A DNA stretch of 57,766 nt, from positions 1 through 57,766 of the forward strand of contig JAYZQJ010000157.1 in the NCBI GenBank assembly GCA_036149055.1, in the 5' to 3' direction. The DNA is from Myxococcota bacterium (lineage in GTDB: Bacteria > Myxococcota_A > Polyangia > Polyangiales > Sandaracinaceae). The position numbers were made by a program, and so were the translations under genes. Position 1 is the first letter of the stretch. Every line of letters begins with the position of its first letter. Under the pieces are notes generated by a model, which worked only from the letters and a program-made list of their open reading frames with translations, searched no databases and was not told the DNA's origin. Below are positions 17,520 through 30,737 of this stretch, in pieces.

Positions 17520-18764
17520 ATGCGCAGGGTCGTCGTCACGGGCGTCGGCATGGTCACCCCCTGTGGGCCGACCACCGAGGAGAGCTGGGAAGCGATCACC
17601 GCCGGCAGGAGCGGGATCGGGCCCATCACTCTCTTCGACGCCTCCGAGCATCCGTCCAAGATCGCGGGCGAGTGTCGGGACTTCGACCCGCTGAAGTTCA
17701 TCGAGAAGAAGCGGCTCCGTGAAGGCGCCCGCTTCATCCACATGGCGATCGCGACCTCGCAGATGGCGGTCGACGCGTCCGGCTTCTCGCCTTCGGACGA
17801 GGAGAAGGAGCGCGTCGGCACCTTCTTCGGGGTCGGCCTCTGTGGGCTCGAGCTGATCGAGGAGCAGCACAAACGGCTCCTCGATCGCGGGCCCCGCCGC
17901 ATCTCGCCGTACTTCATCCCGGCCACCATCTCGAACCTGGCCCCCGGCCAGATCTCGATGCGGTACGGGTTCAAGGGCGCCAACTACACGACCACCAGCG
18001 CGTGCTCGTCCGGCGCCCACGCCATCGGCGAGGCGGTCCGCGCCATCCGCTGGGGTCACCTCGACGCGGCCCTCGCCGGCGGCGCCGAGGCGTGCATCAC
18101 CCCGCTCGGCATCGGCGGCTTCACGGCGATGCGGGCGCTCTCGACCCGCAACGACGAGCCGGAGCGCGCCTCCCGTCCCTTCGACAAGGGGCGCGACGGG
18201 TTCGTGATGGCCGAGGGCGCGGCCTGCCTGGTGCTCGAGGAGCGCGAGGCGGCGATGAAGCGCGGCGCCACAATCCACGCCGAGATCATCGGCTACGGCG
18301 CGACCAGCGACGCCTACCACCTGACGCAGCCGGCCCCCGAGGGCGAGGGCGCGCAGCGCGCGATGAAGCTCGCCATCGAGGACGGCAAGATCGACCTCGA
18401 GCGCGTCGGCTACATCAACGCGCACGCGACCAGCACGCCGACCGGCGACCTCCAGGAGCTCCAGGCGCTGCGCCACGTGCTCGGCAGCCGGGCCTCCGAG
18501 GGTCAGGTCTGGATCAGCGCGACCAAGAGCATGACCGGGCACCTCCTCGGCGCCGCCGGCGGCCTCGAGGCGGCGCTGACGGTGATGAGCGTGAAGACCG
18601 GCGTGATCCCGCCGACGATCAACCTCGAGGAGCCCGAGGAGAGCGCCCAGGGCATGGAGCTCGTGGCCGGCTCCTCGCGCGAGCGCACGCTCGACGTGGC
18701 CCTGTCGAACAGCTTCGGCTTCGGTGGGACCAACGTCACGCTCGCGGTGGCCCGCCACGACTGA
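17520..18764 (+). CDS. fabF: Beta-ketoacyl-ACP synthase II
   Basis: SACSSG, NAHATST, KSMTGHLLG, SNSFGFGG. Confidence 0.96.
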   Translation: MRRVVVTGVGMVTPCGPTTEESWEAITAGRSGIGPITLFDASEHPSKIAGECRDFDPLKFIEKKRLREGARFIHMAIATSQMAVDASGFSPSDEEKERVGTFFGVGLCGLELIEEQHKRLLDRGPRRISPYFIPATISNLAPGQISMRYGFKGANYTTTSACSSGAHAIGEAVRAIRWGHLDAALAGGAEACITPLGIGGFTAMRALSTRNDEPERASRPFDKGRDGFVMAEGAACLVLEEREAAMKRGATIHAEIIGYGATSDAYHLTQPAPEGEGAQRAMKLAIEDGKIDLERVGYINAHATSTPTGDLQELQALRHVLGSRASEGQVWISATKSMTGHLLGAAGGLEAALTVMSVKTGVIPPTINLEEPEESAQGMELVAGSSRERTLDVALSNSFGFGGTNVTLAVARHD

Positions 18765-18782
18765 CCTCGCTACCGTCCGCCC

Positions 18783-19217
18783 ATGACGAAGATCGTCGTG
18801 GGCTCCGATCACGCCGGCCTCCCCCTCAAGCGCCCCCTGCTGGACGCGCTGAAGGCGCGCGGCCACGAGGTCGAGGACGTGGGCACGCACGAGGACGCCT
18901 CGTGCGACTACCCAGACTTCGCCCACGCGCTCGCGGCGAAGGTGGCCGACGGGAGCTTCCCGGTCGGCCTCCTCGTCTGCGGCTCGGGCGTCGGCATGGC
19001 GATCACCGCCAACAAGCACGAGGGCGTGCGCGCGGTGGTCTGCAGCGAGCCCTACAGCGCCGAGATGGCCCGCCGCCACAACGACGCCAACGTGCTCTGC
19101 CTCGGCGCCCGCGTCGTCGGCCCCGGCCTCGCCGAGGCCATCGTCGACGCCTTCCTCGGCGCCGAGTTCGAGGGCGGGCGGCACGCCCGACGCGTCGGCA
19201 AGATCGAGCCGAGCTGA
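18783..19217 (+). CDS. rpiB: Ribose-5-phosphate isomerase B
   Basis: SDHAG, DYPD, CGSGVG, HNDAN, FEGGRH. Confidence 0.96.
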   Translation: MTKIVVGSDHAGLPLKRPLLDALKARGHEVEDVGTHEDASCDYPDFAHALAAKVADGSFPVGLLVCGSGVGMAITANKHEGVRAVVCSEPYSAEMARRHNDANVLCLGARVVGPGLAEAIVDAFLGAEFEGGRHARRVGKIEPS

Positions 19218-19218
19218 C

Positions 19219-19416
19219 GTGCGCATCCCGCAGGACGCCCGCTTCCGCCGCGAGCGCGCGCGGTTCGCGCTCCGCTTCTGCTGCGAGCACTGCGCGCTCT
19301 TCGATCCCGAGCGCGAGGCCTGCGCCCACGAGTACCCGACCGAGGACCACCGCCTCGCCCGCTACGAGGACGCCTCCGCCGAGATCGTCTTCTGCAAGGA
19401 CTACGATCTGCGTTGA
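19219..19416 (+). CDS. Small Cys/His-rich protein (65 aa)
   Basis: GTG directly after the rpiB stop; CCEHC..CAH..H..FCK; normal codon bias. Confidence 0.7.
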   Translation: MRIPQDARFRRERARFALRFCCEHCALFDPEREACAHEYPTEDHRLARYEDASAEIVFCKDYDLR

Positions 19417-19464
19417 TGTCTCGCTCACCTCGATTTGTCGGTGGGCTGACGGTACGATGGGCGA

Positions 19465-20691
19465 ATGAACGACACGTTGCTCCGGGGGGCGCTCTTCGCC
19501 GCGACGCTGGCGGTGGGGTGTGGGGGCGCGCGGGCGCCGGTCGCGACGACCGCGGCCACGGAGGATCAGGCCGCGGTCTGCGACGCGCCCCCGGTCGAGC
19601 TCCGCTTCGACTGGCCGGCGCAGATGTCCGCGGTGGTCGTCGGGACGGACGTGACCGAGAGCGCCAACGCCGACGGGAGCGCGCCGATGCGGGGGGACTC
19701 TCGCAGCGAGCTGCGGCTCCGGTCCGAGCGGGTCGACGGCGGCGTCGCCGTGCGCTTCGACGTGCGGGGCGAGACGCGCACCCGGTCGCAGGGCTTCGGC
19801 CCGGACATCGCGGGGGTCCGGCCGACCGTGGTCCTCGGCGCCGACGGCGCGGTGCGCGGGGTGTCGGGGGCGTCGCTGATGCGGGCTCGCCTCGCCGAGC
19901 TGGAGGCGGCCGGTCACGTGGACGCGGCCAGCGTCGCGGCGATCGCGCCGAACCTGACCGACGCGGCCCAGACCGACACCGCGCGCAGCCACTGGCGCTG
20001 GGTGACCGGCGTCTGGCACGGGCGGACGCTGCGCTGCGGGGAGGTCGCGCGGGGGAGGGCGGAGGTGCCGGCGATGGGGCTCGGCGCGGCGCCGCTCGCG
20101 GCCGAGATGGCGCTCACCTATCAGGGCCAGAGGCCGTGCCCGTCGGTCCCGGATCGCACCTGCGCGATCCTCCGGGTGGACCTCACCGCCGACGCGCGCC
20201 AGGCGGCGGCGGCGATCGAGGAGCGGAGCCAGGGCGACGGCGTCCGGCTCGCCGCGGGCACGATCGAGCGGAAGATCCGGCTGCTCGCCGAGCCCGACAC
20301 CCTCGTCCCGCACCGGATCACCTTCGAGGAGCGGCAGGAGCTGGTGTGGGAGCACGGCGGCGGGCGCACCACGCGGCACGTCCGGGACGTGCAGGACTAC
20401 ACGCTGGACTACGCGGCGCAGACCACCACCCACCTCGTGCTCGGTCAGGGCGGCGGCTTCGCGGTGGTCGGGGAGGACGGGCAGCCGCTGCAGCTCCCGC
20501 CGACCGCCGCGTGTCGCCAGCTCACCGCGTGCTGTCAGGCGGCGTCGGCCCGCAGCACCACCGTCGCCCTGACCTGCGCGATGGCGACCGCGAACGTCGG
20601 GGAGGACTGCGACGACGAGCTCGAGATGATCGGGGGCGTCGTGCAGGGCGGAGGCGAGACGCCGCCTCCCGAGTGCGCTCCGGCGGAGTGA
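19465..20691 (+). CDS. Hypothetical lipoprotein with C-terminal Cys-rich tail
   Basis: Lipobox AVGC; CRQLTACC; TACGAT-N6-ATG. Confidence 0.75.
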   Translation: MNDTLLRGALFAATLAVGCGGARAPVATTAATEDQAAVCDAPPVELRFDWPAQMSAVVVGTDVTESANADGSAPMRGDSRSELRLRSERVDGGVAVRFDVRGETRTRSQGFGPDIAGVRPTVVLGADGAVRGVSGASLMRARLAELEAAGHVDAASVAAIAPNLTDAAQTDTARSHWRWVTGVWHGRTLRCGEVARGRAEVPAMGLGAAPLAAEMALTYQGQRPCPSVPDRTCAILRVDLTADARQAAAAIEERSQGDGVRLAAGTIERKIRLLAEPDTLVPHRITFEERQELVWEHGGGRTTRHVRDVQDYTLDYAAQTTTHLVLGQGGGFAVVGEDGQPLQLPPTAACRQLTACCQAASARSTTVALTCAMATANVGEDCDDELEMIGGVVQGGGETPPPECAPAE

Positions 20692-20997
20692 GGCTCGAAG
20701 TCTGGCAAACAATGGCGGTGAGGCACCCCCGCCCGCTTCCACCACACTGACCGGAGACGACGGCAGGCGACGAGCGCAGCGAGGTCGCCGCACGCACCAC
20801 CACCTGTGTTCGATCCCGCGGCAGCGGGCGGCCAGCTCGCGCGCAGCGCGAGCGCGAGCCGCAGGGCCCCCAGCGCCCCGCGCTGGGGTCGCGGGGCCAG
20901 CGCGCGAAGCGCGCGAGGCCCCGACGGAGTCGGGAGGGGGGCCCAATGGGCGCTTCGCCCCAGGGGGGGAGGGTTTGCACCAAACCCTCCAAAAAAC
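20692..20997. repeat. Intergenic multi-hairpin element between convergent genes
   Basis: Stem-loops at 20766-20789, 20835-20853, 20868-20888, 20900-20914, 20920-20934, 20948-20960 and 20968-20990, followed by A6. Confidence 0.75.
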
Positions 20998-22167
20998 TCA
21001 GCGCACGTCGGTGCGGTCGAAGCGGCCGCGCACGCACTGGTAGCGGCGCAGGCTGACGTCGCGCCCGAGGGGCGTGGCGACCAGCACCGCCTCGCCGGTC
21101 CAGATGGCGCGGGAGCCGGGGGGCGCGACGTCCTCGGGGAGCAGGCCCTCGAGGTGGTCGGTGGCGCGCCCGAGGCGGAGCTTGGCGTCGGCGTCGCCCT
21201 CGAGGTGCAGGGCCGGTCGGCCCTCCTCGCAGCGCACCGTGCGCCGGGGCGCGTCCCAGCGGGCGGTGACCCGGCCCATCTCGTCGAGGCGATCGATCCG
21301 CGCCTGCGAGCCGCACCGCGAGACCACGGCGACCCCGTCGTCGAGGGGAGCGAGCGACTCGGGGCGGCAGCCCTCCGGCATGGCCACCGGCGCGGCGTAG
21401 GAGATCTCGGGGCGGCGCACGTTGATGGTGGACCGCGGGGCGCCGTCGACGTGACAGAGCGCCTGGTACCAGGTGCCTTCTCGGAAGAGGACTTGCCCCA
21501 CCAGGGGCTCGCACGGGCGCCGGACCTCGAGCCGGCCGAGCCCGCCGGGGAGAGGCGCCGTCTCCGCCGAGACGCGCACGGTGTCGATCCGGGCGCAGCG
21601 CCCGTCCGAGGCCACGCAGGGCTCCTCGGGCACCCGGTGGTAGAGCACGAGCGAGCCGGTGTCGTCGGCGCCGAACGCGAGCCGACCGCCGGCGTCGGTC
21701 GGGACGCGGACCGTCTCGCCGAGGTCGGAGATCGGGCCGAAGCGCGCGCCGCCGTCGGGGGAGAAGGCGTTCTGGGCGACGAGGCGGGTGCCGTGGTCGA
21801 TGATCCACGCGACGCCGACCCGCTGCCCGGAGGAGGCGGCGGCGACCTCGACCGCCTGGCTCGGGTGCTCCTCGGCCGCGCCTCCGCCAGCCGCGCCCTG
21901 GCGGCTGATCGGGCGCTCGGCGCTGGCCGCCTCACCGAGGGGGCCGAGCTCCAGCAGCCGCACGCCCCCGCCGTCGCGGTGCGGCGCGCCGTAGACGAAG
22001 AGGGCGCCGTCGTTCACCGGGACGAGGTCGAAGGCCCGCGCGTCCGCCACCGCGCGCCCGCTCGCGATCGGCGCCGGAGGCGGGGGCGCCGGCGGGGGAG
22101 GCGGAGGCGGCGGGGGCTCTTCGCTGCACGCGGAGAGGGCGAGGATCGTGACGAGCAGCCAGCGCAC
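20998..22167 (-). CDS. Hypothetical lipoprotein with poly-Pro linker
   Basis: Lipobox LSAC, PPPPPPPP linker, TAAGCT-N6-GTG. Confidence 0.8.
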   Translation of the reverse strand: MRWLLVTILALSACSEEPPPPPPPPPAPPPPAPIASGRAVADARAFDLVPVNDGALFVYGAPHRDGGGVRLLELGPLGEAASAERPISRQGAAGGGAAEEHPSQAVEVAAASSGQRVGVAWIIDHGTRLVAQNAFSPDGGARFGPISDLGETVRVPTDAGGRLAFGADDTGSLVLYHRVPEEPCVASDGRCARIDTVRVSAETAPLPGGLGRLEVRRPCEPLVGQVLFREGTWYQALCHVDGAPRSTINVRRPEISYAAPVAMPEGCRPESLAPLDDGVAVVSRCGSQARIDRLDEMGRVTARWDAPRRTVRCEEGRPALHLEGDADAKLRLGRATDHLEGLLPEDVAPPGSRAIWTGEAVLVATPLGRDVSLRRYQCVRGRFDRTDVR

Positions 22168-22292
22168 GCGTCGAGCTTACTCCAGCCGCGCGGCCGGCCG
22201 CGCCCTCGTACCCGGCCGCGTTGTCGTACGTCGTACGATTCGGGCACGAGCTGTCACGACCCCCTCACCGCCCGCGCCGGTACGGTGGGCGC

Positions 22293-24530
22293 ATGACCCG
22301 ACTCGCGCCGAGCGCTGCGCTCCTCGTCCTCCTCGCCGCTGGCCCCGCTGCGGCCCAGGACTTCTCGACCTACGACGGGCGCGCGGACTTCGTCGTCGAC
22401 GTGCTCGCCGGCCCCGACGTCGCCGGCAGCTGGGGCACCTACACGCTCGCCCGGCTCGCGCGCGATCCCGACGACGCCGAGGCGCTCGAGCAGGCGGTCG
22501 GCAACGTCGTCCGGCTCGACAACCAGTCGGTGCCCATCGGCACCATCGCGCTCGCGCTCTACTGGGACCACTTCAGCGAGGCGCAGCGCCAGACCATGCT
22601 GGACGCGATGAAGTCGTGGCGCGAGGTCGACGGGCACGGCACCGAGAACCACGCGCTGATGCAGAACGCGTGCGGCTACCTCTTCACCCAGTGGTTCCCC
22701 GACGAGACCGGCTGGACGACCAACTCGATGGGCCCGATGGACAGCGGCCCGCTCAACGCGCGCATCCGCGACAACCTGGTGCGCGTCGCCTCCAGCCTCT
22801 TCGACAAGGGCTACGTCGAGAACCTCTCGACGACCTACCTGCTGCTCCACCTCTACCCGTGGATGATGATCCAGCAGTTCGCGGACGACGAGGCGCTGCG
22901 GAACGTCGCCAACGCGGCGCTGCACTTCCACCTCGCGAACCTGGCCGTCAACAGCTTCCACGGGCAGGTCGTCTCGCCCTTCAACCGCTCGAACTACCAG
23001 CAGCAGAACACGCCGCACGTCTACGACCTCGAGGGCTCGCACACCCAGATCCCGCAGGTGCCGTTCCTCTCGTGGCTCTACTGGGGAGAGGGCACGCACT
23101 TCGACGACCCCGAGACCCTCGGGGACGCGATCCGCCGCTTCCACGGCCACATCGGGTTCTTCACCGCGATGCGGGCGTTGGGCCCTCCGCCCGAGGTGCT
23201 GCGTCGCATCGGGGCGGGGGAGGGCGCGCCCTACACGGTGCGCTCCTCGGCCGCGGACTTCGGCTACTGGGGCGGCGGAGATCCGCACGACAACATGCGG
23301 ACGGTCCACCGCACCGATCGCTACGCCGTCGGCACCGGGTTCTTCCGCTACGCGCCCGGCTCGTTCTACATCAACTACAACAACTTCGGCGTCCTCTACG
23401 ACACCGAGGACAAGCACAACGTCGTCGACATCAACCAGAACTACTGGATGAGCGACCTCGAGGAGGGCGACCGCTGGCCGCACTGCATGAACTCTCCGTT
23501 CCAGCAGGACGCGATGCACGAGAACACGGTCATCTCGCTCTTCAACGTGCCCGAGACCGATCCGTGGCGCGGGCTGGGCCGCGGCGACTGGATCGCCAAC
23601 CGCGACGGCCACTACGACGGGCTGATCCAGCGGGTGGACGTGCGCTACCCGAGCACCGTCGACGAGGTGGTCGAGCGAGACGGCTGGGTCTTCCTGCGCG
23701 AGGCGGACGTGTTCATCGCGATCCGCCCGCTCCGCGAGTACACGACCGACACCGAGGCGCTCCCCGCCTTCACCCTCCTGCGCAGCCCCGGCGCGACCAA
23801 CGCGGTCGTGCTCGAGGTGGGCACGGCGGAGGAGCACGGGGACTTCACGGCCTTCCAGGCGACGGTCGAGGCCAACCCGCTCCGCGTCGACTGGGACACG
23901 CTCACCGTCGAGTACACCGACTCCCAGGGCGACGCGATCCGAGCCCGCTGGGTCGCCCCGGACTACGCGCTCTCGGGCGGCGGCGAGCGGGTGCTGGTGC
24001 GCCCGGAGGTCTGGGTCGACGGCGAGTACGCGTCCGGCGTGCCGCCGGAGGAGTGGCCGCTGATCCAGAGCCCGCACGTGCGCCTCGAGGGGCGCGTGCT
24101 GCGCATCGAGCACGGGCGGGACCGCCTCACGGTGGACTGGAGCGGCGAGCAGCCGGTGTTCTTCGCGGAGGAGCTCTGCGAGGAAGGGCAGACCGAGTGC
24201 GGCGAGGCGTGCGTCGACGTGTCGAGCGACCCCGCGCACTGCGGCGGCTGCGGCGTCGTCTGCGAGGCGCCGGCGAACGCCGAGGCGCGCTGCGGCGCCG
24301 GCGCGTGCGGCTACGCGTGCGCGGACGGCTGGAGCGACTGCAACGGCGAGCGCGCCGACGGCTGCGAGCACGAGGGTGTGTGTGCGCCCGGCGACGCGTC
24401 GACCGGGCCGACGGAACCGGTGGTGGGCGGCTGCGGCTGCCGCGTCGACGCGGGCCCGGGGGGCGCCCCCGCCTGGCCGCTCGCGATCCTGGCGCTGCTG
24501 GCGTTCAGGAGGCGCGGCGCAGCGCGTTGA
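22293..24530 (+). CDS. Secreted heparinase II/III- or polysaccharide-lyase-like protein with Cys-rich repeat and MYXO-CTERM anchor
   Basis: Signal peptide; helical N-domain with GTENH; beta-rich C-domain; CVDVSSDPAHCGGCG repeat; GGCGC..hydrophobic..RRR terminus. The enzyme call is tentative. Confidence 0.6.
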   Translation: MTRLAPSAALLVLLAAGPAAAQDFSTYDGRADFVVDVLAGPDVAGSWGTYTLARLARDPDDAEALEQAVGNVVRLDNQSVPIGTIALALYWDHFSEAQRQTMLDAMKSWREVDGHGTENHALMQNACGYLFTQWFPDETGWTTNSMGPMDSGPLNARIRDNLVRVASSLFDKGYVENLSTTYLLLHLYPWMMIQQFADDEALRNVANAALHFHLANLAVNSFHGQVVSPFNRSNYQQQNTPHVYDLEGSHTQIPQVPFLSWLYWGEGTHFDDPETLGDAIRRFHGHIGFFTAMRALGPPPEVLRRIGAGEGAPYTVRSSAADFGYWGGGDPHDNMRTVHRTDRYAVGTGFFRYAPGSFYINYNNFGVLYDTEDKHNVVDINQNYWMSDLEEGDRWPHCMNSPFQQDAMHENTVISLFNVPETDPWRGLGRGDWIANRDGHYDGLIQRVDVRYPSTVDEVVERDGWVFLREADVFIAIRPLREYTTDTEALPAFTLLRSPGATNAVVLEVGTAEEHGDFTAFQATVEANPLRVDWDTLTVEYTDSQGDAIRARWVAPDYALSGGGERVLVRPEVWVDGEYASGVPPEEWPLIQSPHVRLEGRVLRIEHGRDRLTVDWSGEQPVFFAEELCEEGQTECGEACVDVSSDPAHCGGCGVVCEAPANAEARCGAGACGYACADGWSDCNGERADGCEHEGVCAPGDASTGPTEPVVGGCGCRVDAGPGGAPAWPLAILALLAFRRRGAAR

Positions 24531-25175
24531 CCCGCTGGTCGGCGGCGCGGGTGGTCTCGGGCAGGCGATAGCGCGGCGCGAGGTCGAGAACTTTGCGGCG
24601 CGCGGTCGGCAGCGACACCCGGTGACCGACCGACACGTAGACCGGCTTGACCCGGTCGCGGGTCCGCAGGGCGAGGCCGACCACCTCGCCCTCGTGCGTC
24701 AGCGCGGCGTCGTGCCCGCGCCGCTTGCCGAGGTGGCCGTGCTGGCCGACGAGCAGGGTCTTGGCGCACCCGATGGTCGGCACGTCGAAGAGCACGCCGA
24801 GGTGACACGCGAGCCCGAAGCGCCGCGGGTGGGCCCGCCCGTGCGCGTCGCACACCACGAGATCCGGACGTCGGGTCAGCTGCGCGAGACACGCGACCAC
24901 CGGCGGCAGCTCCCGAAACGAGAAGAGCCCCGAGACATAGGGGAACGACACGGTCTCCACGTGCGTCACCTCCTCCACCACCTCGAGCGTCGCCGCGTCC
25001 AGCACGACCACCGCCGCGAAGACCCGGTCGCCCGCCTTCTCGTACGCGACGTCCACCCCGGCGATGCGCTCCACCGAGCCGAGGTGATCCTCCTCGACGA
25101 CGTCGTCCGCCCAGGCGCGCTGGAGCGCCTCGGCCTCGGCAGGTGAGAGATCGAAGGGGCAGGCGCGGACGGGGA

Positions 25176-25179
<4 letters not shown>
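24505..25179 (-). CDS. nfi: Endonuclease V
   Basis: AGVDVAY, PYVSGLFSFRE, DAHGRAHPRRFGLACHLG, TIGCAK, YRLPETTR.AD. Confidence 0.95.
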
Positions 25180-25805
<626 letters not shown>

Positions 25806-25833
25806 GGGCGGAGGGTAGGCTATCTTCCGCGCC

Positions 25834-26178
25834 ATGGACGTCGTCATCTGGCACAACCCGAGCTGCTCCAAGTCGCGGCAGGCGCTGGCGCTGCTGAAGG
25901 ACCGCGGCCTCGAGCCGACCGTGCGGCAGTATCTGAAGGACCCGCCGAGCGCCAAGGAGCTCCGGGCCGTCCTGAAGCAGCTGGGCGCGAAGGATCCGCA
26001 CGCGCTCGTGCGCAAGAAGGAGAAGCTCTTCGCCGAGCTCGGCGTGGCCGAGCTGAAGGGGCCGGCGGTGGTCGAGGCGATGGCCGCTCACCCCAAGCTC
26101 ATCGAGCGGCCGGTCGTGATCACCGACAAGGGCGCGCGCATCGGCCGGCCCACCGAGGCCATCCTCGAGGTGCTGTAG
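25834..26178 (+). CDS. arsC: ArsC-family (glutaredoxin-type arsenate reductase-like) protein
   Basis: HNPSCSKSR, PKLIERPVV, IGRP; no ars operon around it. Confidence 0.85.
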   Translation: MDVVIWHNPSCSKSRQALALLKDRGLEPTVRQYLKDPPSAKELRAVLKQLGAKDPHALVRKKEKLFAELGVAELKGPAVVEAMAAHPKLIERPVVITDKGARIGRPTEAILEVL

Positions 26179-26186
26179 AAGTACGG

Positions 26187-26753
26187 CTACCAGCGGCCGG
26201 AGACGGCGAGGCCGCTGGCGGTCGGCGAGACGAAGGGGGCGATGGAGACCGCCTCCCCCTCTTCGCGGCCGGCCCGGCGGTTGATGGCGAGGCCGGCGAC
26301 GATGAAGGCGAGGCTCGCCGTCTGGAACAGCCCGAGGGCGAAGAAGACGGCCTGCGCGTCCGGCACTCCGTCGGCGTAGCCGACGAGCACGAACGGGCCG
26401 ACGCACGGCACGTAGAGCCAGTCGGTGATCTCCGAGCCGCCGAAGATGATCTCGGTCTCGATCGCGGCCAGGACCGCGCCGCCGTAGGTGTTCACGAAGG
26501 CGATGGCGCCCGGCACCAGCAGCGCGAGCTCCGGCATGTAGCCTCCGCGCGGAGGCCGCCGGGCGGGCCGCGCCGCCACGTCCCCACCGGCGACCCCGTA
26601 GGCGGCGGGCGGCTCCGAGGTGGCCGGCGGCGGCGGGATCGGCGCGTCGGTCTCGGGCGCGCGCGCCGCGGGGGCGTCGAGCTGGCCGGCCGCCTGCGCC
26701 TCGGCGACCGAGGCGCTCGCGAGCACGGCGAGGGCGAGGAGGGTGGCGCGCAT
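26187..26753 (-). CDS. Hypothetical exported/membrane protein
   Basis: Signal peptide, Pro-rich linker, hydrophobic helices, WLYVPCVGPF, C-terminal GLAVSGRW. Confidence 0.7.
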   Translation of the reverse strand: MRATLLALAVLASASVAEAQAAGQLDAPAARAPETDAPIPPPPATSEPPAAYGVAGGDVAARPARRPPRGGYMPELALLVPGAIAFVNTYGGAVLAAIETEIIFGGSEITDWLYVPCVGPFVLVGYADGVPDAQAVFFALGLFQTASLAFIVAGLAINRRAGREEGEAVSIAPFVSPTASGLAVSGRW

Positions 26754-26779
26754 CGCGTCCGCGATAGCACGGCGCCCGG

Positions 26780-27817
26780 TCAGCGCGAAGCGGTCACCGT
26801 CAGCGTGGCCCGGTCCTCGTGCGGGTGCTCCTCCAGCCCGATGCGCACCGGGAGGAAGCGCGGGATGAGCGCGATCTGGGTGCGCGTGTGCAGGCTCGGC
26901 CGCGTGGTCACGAAGGCGCCGCCGCCCGCGAGGGCCAGGAGCAGCACCAGCTGATCGGCCTGATGCTCGCCGACCGGGACCTCGGCCGCGCGCCACCGCT
27001 CCGCTTCGTCGGCCAGCGCCCAGGCCACGTCCTCGGCGCGCTTGCCCTTCTGCCCGAAGGCGGTGAACACCTCCCAGCCCGAGGCGGCGCGGAAGCCGAC
27101 GCTCACCACGTTGCCGGGGCCGGCGGGGGAGGGCTCCTCCTCGACCCGCACCTCGTCCTTGCCGAGCCCGAGCCGGGTGCGCACCACGCCGAGCTCCCGC
27201 CGGGCGATGGCCTTCGGCAGCGCGCTGACCACGCCGACCGCGAGCCGCTCGTCGATCGGCCCGCGCTCGCGCACCTCGTAGCCCTGCAGCCGATCGGGCA
27301 CGCGCAAGGTCGCCACCAGGCGGCCGCCGCCCGCGGGGTAGAAGCCGCGCCGCTCGACCTCGACGTGCAGATCCGCGCCGAGCTGCCGGACCCGCGGGGC
27401 CCAGACGTCGGTGAGGAAGCGCGAGGGGGGCGCCGCCGGGTTGTCGGTCCCGCCCTCGAGCGTGAGCCGGCTCTCGCCCGGCCGGGTCAGCAGCCCGGTC
27501 ACCAGGGTCTGCAGCACGAGCGCGGCGCTCCCGGCGGAGCCCACCGCGAACGTGCGCTCGCCGTGGCGCACCGGTCCGGGCGACAGCTCGATCTCCTTCG
27601 AGCCCAGGGTCGCGCCGCGGACCTCGCCGTCGCAGACGGTCGCGATCGCGTTCAGCGCGGTCAGGTGCTGACGGAGCAGGCCCGGGCGGCGGCGGCGGGC
27701 GCGCACGCGACGCACCCGCAGCGGCCGCCCGGTCGCCATGGCCAGGGCGAGGGAGGTGCGGACGACCTGCCCGCCTCCCTCGCCCTCGGCGCCGTCGATG
27801 TCGATCGGATCTCCCAC
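26780..27817 (-). CDS. rtcA: RNA 3'-terminal phosphate cyclase
   Basis: GEGGGQVVR, PGLLRQHLTA, GGTDN, GFYPAGGG, EHQADQL. Confidence 0.96.
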   Translation of the reverse strand: MGDPIDIDGAEGEGGGQVVRTSLALAMATGRPLRVRRVRARRRRPGLLRQHLTALNAIATVCDGEVRGATLGSKEIELSPGPVRHGERTFAVGSAGSAALVLQTLVTGLLTRPGESRLTLEGGTDNPAAPPSRFLTDVWAPRVRQLGADLHVEVERRGFYPAGGGRLVATLRVPDRLQGYEVRERGPIDERLAVGVVSALPKAIARRELGVVRTRLGLGKDEVRVEEEPSPAGPGNVVSVGFRAASGWEVFTAFGQKGKRAEDVAWALADEAERWRAAEVPVGEHQADQLVLLLALAGGGAFVTTRPSLHTRTQIALIPRFLPVRIGLEEHPHEDRATLTVTASR

Positions 27818-27820
27818 CGG

Positions 27821-29047
<1,227 letters not shown>

Positions 29048-29073
29048 GGTTCCGTCTCCTCGGGCCCGGGCAT

Positions 29074-29089
29074 CGCAGACCGCGTGCCA
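29074..29089 (-). promoter_or_regulatory. sigma54 (-24/-12) promoter of rtcBA
   Basis: TGGCACGCGGTCTGCG: GG-N10-GC with TGGCACG core, 26 nt upstream of rtcB and next to a sigma54 activator gene. Confidence 0.85.
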
Positions 29090-29165
29090 GCGCGTCTGCC
29101 GCCGGCAGGGGGCGACCTGGCGCCGCGCTTCATAGACAGCTGGCGCGTGGTATATACGAACGGAT

Positions 29166-30737
<1,572 letters not shown>

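Noticed and set aside
20968..20996. Strong hairpin with A6 as an intrinsic terminator
   Set aside because: The T-run lies 5' of the stem on the - strand and an A-run follows it on the + strand, so neither strand has the canonical stem-then-U-tract. Treated as part of the hairpin element.
25834..26178. Arsenic resistance island
   Set aside because: Lone arsC-family gene; no arsR, arsB or acr3 nearby.
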